Part shown: one piece after another, positions 41,179 to 50,099 of the stretch
Position numbering within the stretch: the stretch's first letter is position 1
Layout of the letters: every line of letters starts with the position of its first letter
Assembly: GCA_964400405.1 (NCBI GenBank)
Contig: CAYNUO010000005.1
Location: 1-58,159 of the forward strand
Length of the DNA stretch: 58,159 nucleotides
Reading direction: 5' to 3'
Source of the DNA: an uncultured Bifidobacteriaceae bacterium
GTDB taxonomy: Bacteria; Acidobacteriota; Vicinamibacteria; Vicinamibacterales; UBA2999
Notes under the pieces: generated by a model
Databases searched by the model: none
Told to the model about the DNA's origin: nothing
The model's input: only the letters and a program-made list of their open reading frames with translations
Translations under genes and position numbers: made by a program

Positions 41179-41799
41179 CTACTGCGGATCGCCGAAGTTG
41201 CCGAACTGCACGCCGATGCTGCCCGTCGCGACGACGGTGTTCCCTGTCAGATCCCGGCCGGTGAACGTGATGTCAGCGACGGTCGCGATGATCACGCTGC
41301 TCGTCCGCAGGCTTGCGAGGGGCGCCTCTTCCTTGGCGGTGTGGCGCACCAGCTCGAAGGTCGTCGTCACGGTGCCCTCCGCGGGCACGGTCACGGTCAC
41401 GGCCGAATCGAACGGATGCGGGACGTCTACGCCCGGGGTGTTGCGGCCGTCCGAACGCCGGAACGTCACCTGATAGCGGGTGATCGTGACCTGGTTGAGG
41501 CTCGACGGTGACGACGCGTTGCCAGGAACACCCGGGTCCTTGAGCACGAGCCGCAACGTCGCGCGGGCCACGTCGCTGAAGACCGTCGGGACAGGGTCGG
41601 AGCCCGTCCGGCGCACGTTCGTAATCACGTCGGAGTCGAGCGTGCCGCCGAAGGCCGTCGGCACCGCACCCGATGCGGCCTCGATGGAACTGATCACCAC
41701 CATCGACGGCGACTGCCCGCTGCGCGCGACTTCGCCGCATCCCGCCATGCCCGCGCCCGACGCCGCAAGCAGCGTCAGCGCCAATGCTCTGCCCTTCAC
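41179..41799 (-). CDS. Hypothetical beta-rich lipoprotein (no recognisable family)
   Basis: GGAAGGAG SD lies 7 nt before GTG 41799. Signal peptide plus lipobox '(M)KGRALALTLLAASGAGMAGC'. The mature part is Thr/Val/Ser-rich. Alternative GTG starts at 41832 and 41826 overlap the pilQ stop. Confidence 0.6.
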   Translation of the reverse strand: MKGRALALTLLAASGAGMAGCGEVARSGQSPSMVVISSIEAASGAVPTAFGGTLDSDVITNVRRTGSDPVPTVFSDVARATLRLVLKDPGVPGNASSPSSLNQVTITRYQVTFRRSDGRNTPGVDVPHPFDSAVTVTVPAEGTVTTTFELVRHTAKEEAPLASLRTSSVIIATVADITFTGRDLTGNTVVATGSIGVQFGNFGDPQ

Positions 41800-41828
41800 C
41801 GTCCTGCTCCTTCCCAGCGTGCGCACGG

Positions 41829-43682
41829 TCACATCCGCACGATGCGTGGCGTGATGAAGATGAGCAGCTCGCGGCTCTCGTCCGTCACCCCGTCCCGCTT
41901 GAAGAGCCAGCCGAGCAGCGGAAGGCGGTGCAGGCCCGGTGTCCGGTCCTGGCTCGCCTGCTCGCGGCTGACGTAGATGCCGCCGATCACGGTCGTCTCG
42001 CCGTTGGTGACGAGCACCTGCGTGACGGCGCGCTGCGTGTCGATCGGCGGAATGTTGTTGACCGACCTGCTGAAGTCCGGCGCCGCGTTCTCGACCGAGA
42101 TGCGCATGATCACGGTGTTCGCCGCCGTGATCTGCGGCGTGACCTTCAACGTCAGCGCCGCGTCCTTGAACGAGACCGTCACCGTGTTGTTCGCCACGGT
42201 CTGAATCGGAATCTGGACGCCCTGCGTGATCTCGGCCTCGACGTTGTTCTGCGTCGCCACGCGCGGTGTCGACAGCAGCCGGCCGTTGCCCTGCCGCTCC
42301 AGCGCCGACAGCGCCACGTCGAGGTTCACCGCGCCGTTGACCGACCCGAGCGCGAGTCCCAGGGCGGAGGTGGCGTTTTCCACCGCCAGGCCGACGGCCG
42401 TGTTGGCCGCGTCCGTTGCCGTGTCTCCCTGCGTGGCGCCGGTCCGGCCGGTGATCGAGCCCTGATTCGGGAACGCGAGCGGCAGCGTGTTGCCGAGCGC
42501 CTGGCTGGCGCGCGCGCCGACGCCCCACTGCACGCCCAGCGTGCGCGCGAACTCGCGCGTCGTCTGCACGATGCGCGCCTCGATCTCGACCTGCGGCTGC
42601 GGCTGGTCCAGCGTCCCGATCAGGTCAAGGGCCTGCGTCAGCCGCTCGGGCAGGTCATTGATGATCAGCGTGTTCGTGCGGACGTCCGTCTGCACCTGGC
42701 CGCGCGGGGAGAGCACCGTCTTGGTCAGCAGCGGCGCGACATCCTCCGCCTTCGCGTAGCTGAGCGTCCGTGTCAGCACCTGGAGCCGCCCCGACAGCGC
42801 CACTTCGTCGGCCAGCTTCCGCCGCTGCGCCTCCTCTTCGGAAAGCACCGCCAGCGGCGCGATGCGGACGATGGTGCCGTCGAGCGAGTACCCGAGCTTG
42901 TTGGCGCGGAGGATGATCTCGAGCGCCTGGTCCCACGGCACGTCCCGCAGCGCGACATCGACGCTGCCCTGAATCGACGGGTCGATGACCACGTTCAGCC
43001 CCGAGATCTCGGAGAAGACGCGCAGCACGGCCCGCAGGTCGGCGCCCTGGAAGTCGAGGCTGATCGGCTGTCCGGTGTACTTGCGCGCCTCAGGCGCCTG
43101 CGTGACGGAGTTCTGCAGCGCGGCCGTGGGCGCCACCGGGCGCACCGCGGACGGCGTGCGCGCGACCGCCGGGGCGGGCGTCGCGGTGACGGCCGGCCGG
43201 ACCGCTGGCGCCGGCTGGACCATGCCGCCCATCGGCGCGGCGGCGGCACGCGCCGCGTGGCCCGGGTCGATGTAGATGACGTTCTTCGCGCTCCGCGCGC
43301 TGGGCTGGTCGCCCTCGTCGACGCCGAGGCGAACGCGCGCGACGAGCACGCCGTCCGCCGTCCGGTCGCGCTCCACGGCAATCGACCGAACGCCGTCGAT
43401 GGCCGCCGGCACACGCGACAGCGCCGGCGTGACGTCGACATCCCGCAGCTCGACGACGAACGTGCGCGGGTCCGGCCGCGCGGTTTCATAGGCCACCGGC
43501 GCAGAGGCCTCGATGGCGACCACGGCCCGCCCGGCGTCGCGGCGACCGCTCACCGACCGCAGCACGACGCCGGCCGCTTCAAGCGACGGCCATGCCCCCG
43601 CCACGGCGATTGCCAGCGCGGCAAGGCCCAATGCGAGCCCTCTCCGGCTCCAGCGCTTCCGGCTCCATCCCAGCCACGTCAT
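41829..43682 (-). CDS. pilQ: Type IV pilus secretin PilQ
   Basis: AMIN-like N-domain, Pro/Ala linker, STN/N0-N1 ('ISLDFQGADLRAVLRVFSEISGLNVVIDPSI...') and a secretin C-domain ending 'GLHRLPLLGWLFK...ELLIFITPRIV'. Follows pilMNOP. Confidence 0.9.
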   Translation of the reverse strand: MTWLGWSRKRWSRRGLALGLAALAIAVAGAWPSLEAAGVVLRSVSGRRDAGRAVVAIEASAPVAYETARPDPRTFVVELRDVDVTPALSRVPAAIDGVRSIAVERDRTADGVLVARVRLGVDEGDQPSARSAKNVIYIDPGHAARAAAAPMGGMVQPAPAVRPAVTATPAPAVARTPSAVRPVAPTAALQNSVTQAPEARKYTGQPISLDFQGADLRAVLRVFSEISGLNVVIDPSIQGSVDVALRDVPWDQALEIILRANKLGYSLDGTIVRIAPLAVLSEEEAQRRKLADEVALSGRLQVLTRTLSYAKAEDVAPLLTKTVLSPRGQVQTDVRTNTLIINDLPERLTQALDLIGTLDQPQPQVEIEARIVQTTREFARTLGVQWGVGARASQALGNTLPLAFPNQGSITGRTGATQGDTATDAANTAVGLAVENATSALGLALGSVNGAVNLDVALSALERQGNGRLLSTPRVATQNNVEAEITQGVQIPIQTVANNTVTVSFKDAALTLKVTPQITAANTVIMRISVENAAPDFSRSVNNIPPIDTQRAVTQVLVTNGETTVIGGIYVSREQASQDRTPGLHRLPLLGWLFKRDGVTDESRELLIFITPRIVRM

Positions 43683-44146
43683 GGCTTGCCCTCTCCCACC
43701 TGTCTGAGGCGTTTGCGAATCTCGAGTTCCTTGGGGACCACCAGCGGATCGCTGGAGCGCTGCAGCAGGACGATGCTGTCCGCGCCGATGAAGCGCACCT
43801 GACCGTCCATCAGTCGATCGCCGACGTGCACGACGTAGGTGCGGGTGTCCGCACCCTGCAGCAGTGCCGAGTATCCCGACGGCGATACCACGACACCCTT
43901 GAGCGCCACCTCGCTGACGAAGAGGCCCGCGACACCCGGTGGCCGCGGCACGTTCCCGCGTCCGCTGGGATCCGTACCCGACTTGAGCAGGCTCACGAAT
44001 GGATCGCGCCGGCCGCCGGGGTTGTAGGTGTCGACGGGGGCCAGCCCGCGAGGCGTTTCCCGCGGCGCCGCGCTTCGCTGCGCCGACACGGGCATCCCGC
44101 CCAGGGCCACCAGCACGACTGCGGCGAGGAGGGGGACGCGCGTCAT
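43679..44146 (-). CDS. pilP: Type IV pilus assembly protein PilP (signal peptide, no lipobox Cys)
   Basis: Position between pilO and pilQ. Signal peptide 'MTRVPLLAAVVLVALGGMPVSAQ'. 'RDPF' motif and a beta-domain 'LKGVVVSPSGYSALLQGADTRTYVVHVGDRLMDGQVRFIGADSIVL'. ATGA and 4-nt overlaps on both sides. Confidence 0.72.
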   Translation of the reverse strand: MTRVPLLAAVVLVALGGMPVSAQRSAAPRETPRGLAPVDTYNPGGRRDPFVSLLKSGTDPSGRGNVPRPPGVAGLFVSEVALKGVVVSPSGYSALLQGADTRTYVVHVGDRLMDGQVRFIGADSIVLLQRSSDPLVVPKELEIRKRLRQVGEGKP

Positions 44147-44781
44147 GCCTTCCCTCCGGCCGGGGCCCGGCCTGCCTTCGCCGGCTTTCCTGCTGGTGCG
44201 GCGGGCTCCGCGTCCTTCGCCACGGAGAGGACGAACGTCGTGGCCGTGCAGCTGACCGTCACGGTCGGCCCACCCGGCGCCGGCTTGTCCTTGCCGCGCA
44301 CCTCGATGTCGGTCACGTTGATGATCCGCGGGAAACCGCCGACGCGGGCCAGGAAGTGCCCCACGTCGTGGTACGTCCCCTCGAACTCGATCGCAATCGG
44401 CCACTCCACGTGCAGCGCCTTCGGCGCCACGGGGCGAGGCGTGAAGGCGCGGATCACCAGACGCGACTCCGTGGCCATGCCCTGGATGCGGCGCAGCAGG
44501 TCGGCGACGTCCTTCTCTTCGGGCAGCACGGGGCGCAGGCGTTCGAGCTGCTGTTCGAGACGGGCCACATCCGCACGGAACTGCGGGAGCCGGCGGGCGG
44601 TCGCCTGCGCGCGCTGGATGTCACTGCGCACGGCCGCCAGTTGTGACGCCTGGTCGGCCAGCCGCTGCTGCACCGGTTGCGCGTAGTAGGTGAAGAACGC
44701 CGCGACGGCCAGCGCTGCCACGGCGACCGCGGCGCCAACCTGCCCATACCAGGGCCACCGTGAGAGCCCGGAGATCGGCAT
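44143..44781 (-). CDS. pilO: Type IV pilus assembly protein PilO
   Basis: N-terminal TM helix, coiled coil, and a ferredoxin-like core 'IEFEGTYHDVGHFLARVGGFPRIINVTDIEV'. Gene order supports the call. Confidence 0.85.
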   Translation of the reverse strand: MPISGLSRWPWYGQVGAAVAVAALAVAAFFTYYAQPVQQRLADQASQLAAVRSDIQRAQATARRLPQFRADVARLEQQLERLRPVLPEEKDVADLLRRIQGMATESRLVIRAFTPRPVAPKALHVEWPIAIEFEGTYHDVGHFLARVGGFPRIINVTDIEVRGKDKPAPGGPTVTVSCTATTFVLSVAKDAEPAAPAGKPAKAGRAPAGGKA

Positions 44782-45413
44782 CAGCGGCCTCCCGCCCGCG
44801 CCGGAGCGGCAGCCGGCGCGACGGCGGCCGCCGGCGCGCTGCCCGCGAGACGCGCCTTCACGGTGAATCGAATCAGCTCCTGGACTCCGGTGCCCGCGCC
44901 GCCGGGGCCGGCCGACTCCATCTGGCTGTCCAGCAGTTCCACCGGGCGGTCGAAGACCGGCGAGTTGCCCAGGTTCCCGACCAGGTCCGACAGCGCGATC
45001 AGCGTGGTGCTGCGGCCTTCAATCACCAGGTCCGGCCCGGTCTGCTTCACGTGGGTCAGCCAGAGCATCTCGGGCAGGCTCCGGCTGACGGCGTCGACCA
45101 CCCGCACGGGGACGCTCTGATTGGCGCGCAACTGTTCGATGAGGTCGACGCGCTGCCGCAGCTGCTCCTGCCGGCGCTCGAAGCGGGCGACTTCCGTGAT
45201 GACGCCGCGCAGCCGCTCGGCTTCCTGCCGGGCCGTGACGAGTTCGGCCGCGAGCGCATCCTCCTGGTGGGCCAGCGACCAGTACCACCAGCCCAGCCCT
45301 CCGGCGGCGAGCAGCAGCACGGCCGCGCAGATCAGCGGCACGGCCGCGGCCGGCGTCGCGATCCGGGCGCGCTCGGGGGCGCGCGCCGCACGGAGCAGAT
45401 TGATCCGGATCAC
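44781..45413 (-). CDS. pilN: Type IV pilus assembly protein PilN
   Basis: Canonical 'IRINLL' N-terminus, a TM helix and a coiled coil. The GTG start overlaps the pilM TGA (GTGA). Confidence 0.85.
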   Translation of the reverse strand: MIRINLLRAARAPERARIATPAAAVPLICAAVLLLAAGGLGWWYWSLAHQEDALAAELVTARQEAERLRGVITEVARFERRQEQLRQRVDLIEQLRANQSVPVRVVDAVSRSLPEMLWLTHVKQTGPDLVIEGRSTTLIALSDLVGNLGNSPVFDRPVELLDSQMESAGPGGAGTGVQELIRFTVKARLAGSAPAAAVAPAAAPARAGGR

Positions 45414-46480
45414 CGATCGCCCGCCCGGCGGAGCCCGAGGCCGACCGCCACCGCGGCCACCGGCCGCGCGTCCGCCGCATCGGCACCAAGCCGCGCCGCG
45501 TCCCACGCAATCGTCTTGAAGGGATCGAGCGGCTCGACAGGCACGCCGAAGCGGGACTGCAGCATCGGCGCGAAGCCCTCGATACGTGACGCGCCACCGC
45601 TCAGCACGACGCGGTCGATCCGGTCGGCCGCCGCGGTGGCCTTGAAGAAGTCGAACGTCTTCTGCACTTCGAGCATCACCTGCTCGGTCACTGCCTTGAG
45701 CACCGGCGCGACGTCGTCCCCGGTCACACCCTCGACACGGAGGCCGCGCTTCAACCTGTCGGCGTCCTCGGCGCTGACGCCCAACTCGCGCTGCAGCGCA
45801 TCACGGTAGGCGTGGCCGCCCACGGAGATGTCCCGCGTGAAGACGGACCGGCCGTTCTGCAGAATGTTGACGTTCACCGCGCTTGCGCCCGCGTTCATCA
45901 GCACCACCACCGCATCGGTGTCCAGCCCGTAGTTCGCCTCGTACGCGTTCTGCAGTGCAAAGGCATCGACATCGACCACCACGGGCACGCGGCCGGCTGC
46001 CTCGACGACAGCGGCGTATTCCGCCGTGCGGTCCTTCTTCGCCGCCACCAGCAGGACCTCCATGCTGCCCCGCGAGTCCGGGCCCGTGCCCGGGTCGAGA
46101 ATCTGGTAGTCCAGGTTCACGTCCTGCACGTCGAACGGGATGTACTGCTCCGCTTCCCACACGATCGAGTCGGCGAGTTCGGCGGGCGTCATCACCGGCA
46201 GCGCAATCTTCTTGACGATGACGGCGTTTCCCGACAACGACACAGAGACTTCCCGGCCACGGAACCCGCCTTTGCTCAGCGCCTGGCGCATCGCCGTCGC
46301 CACCGCCTCGCGGTCCAGAATGCTTCCCTCGGCGATGCTGCCGGGCGGTACACGCTCGGTCGCATAAGCCGACACCCGCAGGCCCCGGCCCGCCGACTGC
46401 AGTTCGACAGCCTTGATCGCGTCGGAGCCGATATCAAGGCCAATTACGGACGGCGACTGGCCAAAGCGGAAGAGAGGCAT
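45410..46480 (-). CDS. pilM: Type IV pilus assembly protein PilM (actin-like ATPase fold)
   Basis: 'VIGLDIGSDAIKAVEL' and 'VLSGGASRIEGF' PilM/FtsA-like blocks. First gene of pilMNOPQ. Confidence 0.92.
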   Translation of the reverse strand: MPLFRFGQSPSVIGLDIGSDAIKAVELQSAGRGLRVSAYATERVPPGSIAEGSILDREAVATAMRQALSKGGFRGREVSVSLSGNAVIVKKIALPVMTPAELADSIVWEAEQYIPFDVQDVNLDYQILDPGTGPDSRGSMEVLLVAAKKDRTAEYAAVVEAAGRVPVVVDVDAFALQNAYEANYGLDTDAVVVLMNAGASAVNVNILQNGRSVFTRDISVGGHAYRDALQRELGVSAEDADRLKRGLRVEGVTGDDVAPVLKAVTEQVMLEVQKTFDFFKATAAADRIDRVVLSGGASRIEGFAPMLQSRFGVPVEPLDPFKTIAWDAARLGADAADARPVAAVAVGLGLRRAGDR

Positions 46481-46549
46481 TCTAGGAGTCCGTGGTCCTT
46501 ATCGGTGTCTGGGGGATCGGGGTGTAGAGGATCGGTAGCGTCTCTCGTC

Positions 46550-46564
46550 GCAACGGACGTGCCA
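46550..46564 (-). promoter_or_regulatory. Candidate sigma54 (-24/-12) promoter upstream of pilM: TGGCAC-GTCCG-TTGC
   Basis: The minus strand reads TGGCACGTCCGTTGC, an exact match to the TGGCAC-N5-TTGC core, about 70 nt upstream of the pilM ATG. An imperfect inverted repeat (CCAGTGCGTGG...CCACGCTGG) overlaps the -24 box. Confidence 0.45.
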
Positions 46565-46736
46565 GCGTGGTTTCCGGCCTGTCCACGGCGCCACGCACTG
46601 GAAACAACACCGGCGCGGGTGCCAGAATCGTCAGAAGCTTACAACCATGGCGGCCGATCAGGTACCGGCCGAAATCGGCCGAACCGCCCTGGCCCGGCGC
46701 AGTCCGGAACAGGGCCCGAACCGGCCCTCCGGATGC

Positions 46737-46765
46737 TTGACAATCGCCGGAACCGTCACTAGGAT
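46737..46765 (+). promoter_or_regulatory. Candidate sigma70 promoter for rplM-rpsI (TTGACA-17 nt-TAGGAT)
   Basis: Consensus -35 box, 17-nt spacer and a T-A-x-x-A-T -10 box, about 75 nt upstream of the rplM ATG. Confidence 0.45.
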
Positions 46766-46841
46766 CAGGGTTTGCAGTTGTAGGTCAATACCCGGCCAGT
46801 GCATCTCCATGTGCCTGCCGGACAGCGAGGTTTCGATTTTC

Positions 46842-47273
46842 ATGCGTACGTTCGTCGCCAGCGCGAAAAGCGTAGACAGTCAGTGGCACGTCATTGATGC
46901 GAACGGCCAGGTTCTGGGCCGGATCGCGACGGTGGCTTCCCGCCTGCTCCAAGGGAAGCACAAGGCCACGTACACCCCCTTTATCGACACGGGCGACCAC
47001 GTCGTCATCGTGAATGCGAGCCAACTCAAGCTGACGGGCGCGAAAGCCGACCAGAAGCTCTACCGCAATCACAGCGGTTATGAAGGTGGTTTGCGCGAGG
47101 AGCGCGCGGGCGTGCTGCTGAAGCGGCGTCCGACGAAGCTGCTCGAAGAGGCCGTTCGCGGCATGCTGCCCAAGACGAAGATGGGCGACGCCATGTATCG
47201 CAAGTTGAAGGTCTACGCCGGCGCGCAGCACCCGCACGCCGCCCAACAGCCCAAGAAAATCGAGGTCGCCTAG
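46842..47273 (+). CDS. rplM: 50S ribosomal protein L13
   Basis: '[32 protein letters not shown]' and 'VIVNA'. The 65 upstream codons of the ORF are rejected. Confidence 0.96.
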   Translation: MRTFVASAKSVDSQWHVIDANGQVLGRIATVASRLLQGKHKATYTPFIDTGDHVVIVNASQLKLTGAKADQKLYRNHSGYEGGLREERAGVLLKRRPTKLLEEAVRGMLPKTKMGDAMYRKLKVYAGAQHPHAAQQPKKIEVA

Positions 47274-47275
47274 CC

Positions 47276-47668
47276 TTGCCAGCCACCGAGTATTACGCCA
47301 CTGGCCGTCGTAAGACGTCCGCCGCTCGCGTCTTCCTGCGCCCGGGTACCGGCGCCATCACGGTCAACCACCGTGAGTTCAGTAACTACTTCCCCACCGA
47401 CCAGCTCCGTACGCAGGTTCGGCGCCCCCTCTCGCTGACGGAAACGGTCGAAAAGTTCGACATCCTCGCGACGGTCGCCGGCGGCGGCATCAACGGGCAG
47501 GCCGGCGCGGTGCGCCTGGGCATCGCCCGCGCGCTGTGCGAGTTCGACGCGGAGCTCCGCAAGGCCCTCAAGAAGGAAGGCCTGCTGACGTCGGATTCGC
47601 GCGTCAAGGAACGCAAGAAGTACGGTCTGGCCGGCGCCCGCAAGCGCTTCCAGTTCAGCAAACGCTAG
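47276..47668 (+). CDS. rpsI: 30S ribosomal protein S9
   Basis: '[16 protein letters not shown]' and the C-terminal '[10 protein letters not shown]'. TTG start lies 2 nt after the rplM stop. Confidence 0.96.
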   Translation: MPATEYYATGRRKTSAARVFLRPGTGAITVNHREFSNYFPTDQLRTQVRRPLSLTETVEKFDILATVAGGGINGQAGAVRLGIARALCEFDAELRKALKKEGLLTSDSRVKERKKYGLAGARKRFQFSKR

Positions 47669-47702
47669 TTCACGGCATTTCGAGAGCAGAAGGGGATACA
47701 GC

Positions 47703-48524
47703 TTGTCCGCAATTGCGATGAATGATCTGCTGGAGGCCGGCGTGCACTTCGGCCATCAGACGAAGCGGTGGAATCCGAAGATGAAGGACTACATCTTCGG
47801 CGAACGGAACGGTATCTACATCATCGATCTGAACAAGACGGTGAAGCGGTTCCGCGACGCCTCGGAGTTCATCACGTCGATCGCATCGGAGGGCAAGACC
47901 ATCCTCTTCGTCGGCACCAAACGCCAGGCGCAGGACGTCATCGCCGAGGAAGCGACCCGCTCGGGGATGTTCTTCGTCAATCAGCGCTGGCTCGGCGGTC
48001 TGCTGACCAACTTCACGACCATCCAGCGGAGCCTGGGCCGCCTGCGCGACATCGAAGCGATGGCGACCGACGGCCGCTACGAGACGCTCTCGAAGAAGGA
48101 AATCGCCCGGAACGAGAAGGAGAAGCGCAAGCTTCTGAAGAACCTCGAAGGCATCCGCAACATGGCGCGCCTGCCCGACGCGATCTTCGTGGTCGACACC
48201 CGCAAGGAAAAGATCGCGGTCGACGAAGCGCGGAAGCTGAAGATTCCGGTGATCGGCATCGTGGACACGAACTGCGATCCCGATGAAGTGGACTTCGTCA
48301 TCCCGGGCAACGACGACGCCCTGCGCGCGATCCGGCTGTTCGCCTCGCATGTCGCCGACGCCGTTCTCGAGGGACGCACGCTCCGCGAGACGCGCCAGGC
48401 CGAAGAAGCCGCCGTGCACGCCGAGGAAGCGGCCGCAGCGGACGCCGCCGCCCGCCTGAAGCATGTGGTGAGGCCGCAGCGCAAGGCCGAGGCAGCTCCA
48501 GCTCCGACGCCTGCGGGCGCGTAG
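47703..48524 (+). CDS. rpsB: 30S ribosomal protein S2
   Basis: '[19 protein letters not shown]' and '[20 protein letters not shown]'. TTG at 47703 has GAAGGGGA upstream. ATG at 47718 is an alternative. Confidence 0.96.
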   Translation: MSAIAMNDLLEAGVHFGHQTKRWNPKMKDYIFGERNGIYIIDLNKTVKRFRDASEFITSIASEGKTILFVGTKRQAQDVIAEEATRSGMFFVNQRWLGGLLTNFTTIQRSLGRLRDIEAMATDGRYETLSKKEIARNEKEKRKLLKNLEGIRNMARLPDAIFVVDTRKEKIAVDEARKLKIPVIGIVDTNCDPDEVDFVIPGNDDALRAIRLFASHVADAVLEGRTLRETRQAEEAAVHAEEAAAADAAARLKHVVRPQRKAEAAPAPTPAGA

Positions 48525-48543
48525 TTTTCGTTTCCACCGAACT

Positions 48544-48580
48544 CGCCGGCTCGAGTTCCTGGAGCCGGCGATTTGTTTGT
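48544..48580 (+). terminator. Intrinsic terminator/attenuator after rpsB
   Basis: Stem of 9 bp CGCCGGCTC / GAGCCGGCG with a 9-nt loop, followed by ATTTGTTTGT. A second 9-bp hairpin (GGCCGCCAC / GTGGCGGCC) lies at 48591-48619. Confidence 0.55.
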
Positions 48581-48639
48581 ACGGCGGCACGGCCGCCACT
48601 CCGGCCGCCCGTGGCGGCCGATTTCCGACGGAGACAGCA

Positions 48640-49245
48640 ATGGCAGCAATTACGGCTGAAATGGTGAAGCAGCTGCGCGACAAGACCGGCGCAGGCATGA
48701 TGGAGTGCAAGGCCGCGTTGGCCGAAGCGCAGGGGAACATCGAGGACGCCATCACCCTGCTCCGCAAGCGTGGACTGGCGCAGGCCGCCAAGCGCGCCGG
48801 CCGCGCGACGGCCCAGGGTACGATCGGCAGCTACCTCCACCTCGGCGGAAAGATCGGCGTGCTGCTCGAGGTCAACTGCGAGTCGGACTTCGTGGCCCGG
48901 ACCGAGGACTTCCAGAACCTCGTCCGCGAGGTCGGCATGCACATCGCGGCCGCCGACCCCAAGTGGGTCCGCCGTGAGGACGTCCCCGCCGAGGCCATCG
49001 AGAAGGAAAAGGCCATCTACCGGGCACAGATGGAGAACTCCGGCAAGCCGGCCAACGTGCTCGAGAAGATCATCGAGGGCAAGCTGGGCAGCTTCTACTC
49101 CCAGTTCGTCCTGCTGGACCAGCCGTCCATCCGCGACGCGGCGCTGACCATCAGCCAGCTGGTCGCGCAGACGTCCGCCAAGACCGGCGAGAACATTTCG
49201 ATCGGCCGCTTCGCCCGCTTCCGCGTCGGCGAGCTGAGCGAATAG
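48640..49245 (+). CDS. tsf: Elongation factor Ts (short form)
   Basis: UBA-like N-terminus 'ITAEMVKQLRDKTGAGMMECKAALAEAQGNIEDAI'. GGAGA lies 6 nt upstream of the ATG at 48640. Confidence 0.93.
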   Translation: MAAITAEMVKQLRDKTGAGMMECKAALAEAQGNIEDAITLLRKRGLAQAAKRAGRATAQGTIGSYLHLGGKIGVLLEVNCESDFVARTEDFQNLVREVGMHIAAADPKWVRREDVPAEAIEKEKAIYRAQMENSGKPANVLEKIIEGKLGSFYSQFVLLDQPSIRDAALTISQLVAQTSAKTGENISIGRFARFRVGELSE

Positions 49246-49262
49246 CCCTCCACGCATTCGTT

Positions 49263-49294
49263 CCGGAAGGCGGGACATCCGGCCCGCCTTCCGG
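49263..49294 (+). terminator. Strong hairpin between tsf and pyrH (12-bp perfect stem, no U-tract)
   Basis: CCGGAAGGCGGG-acatccgg-CCCGCCTTCCGG. Followed by TATAAT at 49301-49306. Confidence 0.4.
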
Positions 49295-49314
49295 ACCGCG
49301 TATAATCACGTTTC

Positions 49315-50058
49315 GTGCCGGATCCCTCCCCCGCTCCCCTCTACAGACGCGTCCTCCTGAAGCTGTCCGGCGAGGCCCTGATGGGCCAGCAGCAGTTCGG
49401 TGTCGACCCGGCTGTCGCGTCCCAGATTGCCCGGGACATCATCGAAATCCAGTCGCTCGGCGTCGAAGTCGCCATCGTCATCGGCGGCGGCAACATCTTC
49501 CGCGGGCTCGCGGCGTCCGCCAAGGGCATGGACCGGGCGACTGCCGACTACATGGGCATGCTGGCCACCGTGATCAACGGCCTCGCCCTGCAGGATGCGC
49601 TCGAGCAGCAGGGTGCGGCGACGCGCGTCATGACCGCCATCGAGATGCGGCAGGTCGCCGAACCGTTCATCCGCCGCAAGGCCATGCGCCACCTCGAGAA
49701 GGGCCGCGTCGTCATCTTCGCCGCAGGTACCGGCAACCCGTACTTCACGACCGACACGGCCGCGGCCCTGCGGGCCGTGGAGATCCGGGCGGGCGCGATC
49801 CTCAAGGGCACCAAGGTGGACGGCATCTACTCCGCCGACCCCGTGCTGCACCCGGACGCCAGGAAGTTCCCCACCATCACCTACCAGGAAGTGCTGACCC
49901 TGGAGCTCAAGGTGATGGACGCCGCCGCGATCTCCGTCTGCAAGGAGAACGCGCTCCCGATCGTGGTCTTCAACCTGCGCACGCCCGGCAACATCCGCCG
50001 CGTGGTCATGGGCGAACCCATCGGCACCACCGTCGTCAGCCGCAGCACGCAGGGTTAA
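49315..50058 (+). CDS. pyrH: UMP kinase
   Basis: '[11 protein letters not shown]', '[10 protein letters not shown]' and '[16 protein letters not shown]'. GTG start with no obvious SD. Confidence 0.95.
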   Translation: MPDPSPAPLYRRVLLKLSGEALMGQQQFGVDPAVASQIARDIIEIQSLGVEVAIVIGGGNIFRGLAASAKGMDRATADYMGMLATVINGLALQDALEQQGAATRVMTAIEMRQVAEPFIRRKAMRHLEKGRVVIFAAGTGNPYFTTDTAAALRAVEIRAGAILKGTKVDGIYSADPVLHPDARKFPTITYQEVLTLELKVMDAAAISVCKENALPIVVFNLRTPGNIRRVVMGEPIGTTVVSRSTQG

Positions 50059-50099
50059 GCCTTATCCGGCACGAGCCGTAACCGACGCGAGAGACAGCT

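Noticed and set aside
41784-43802. 672-aa ORF antisense to pilQ. Similar long antisense ORFs lie at 19317-21005 (sdhA), 34545-36323 (permease), 24642-25943 (serA), 36899-38515 (accC) and 53988-55577 (secretin/murA).
   Set aside because: All mirror a well-supported gene on the other strand, have Arg/Gly/Asp/His-rich junk composition, and lack SD or start context. They are not evidence for overlapping genes.
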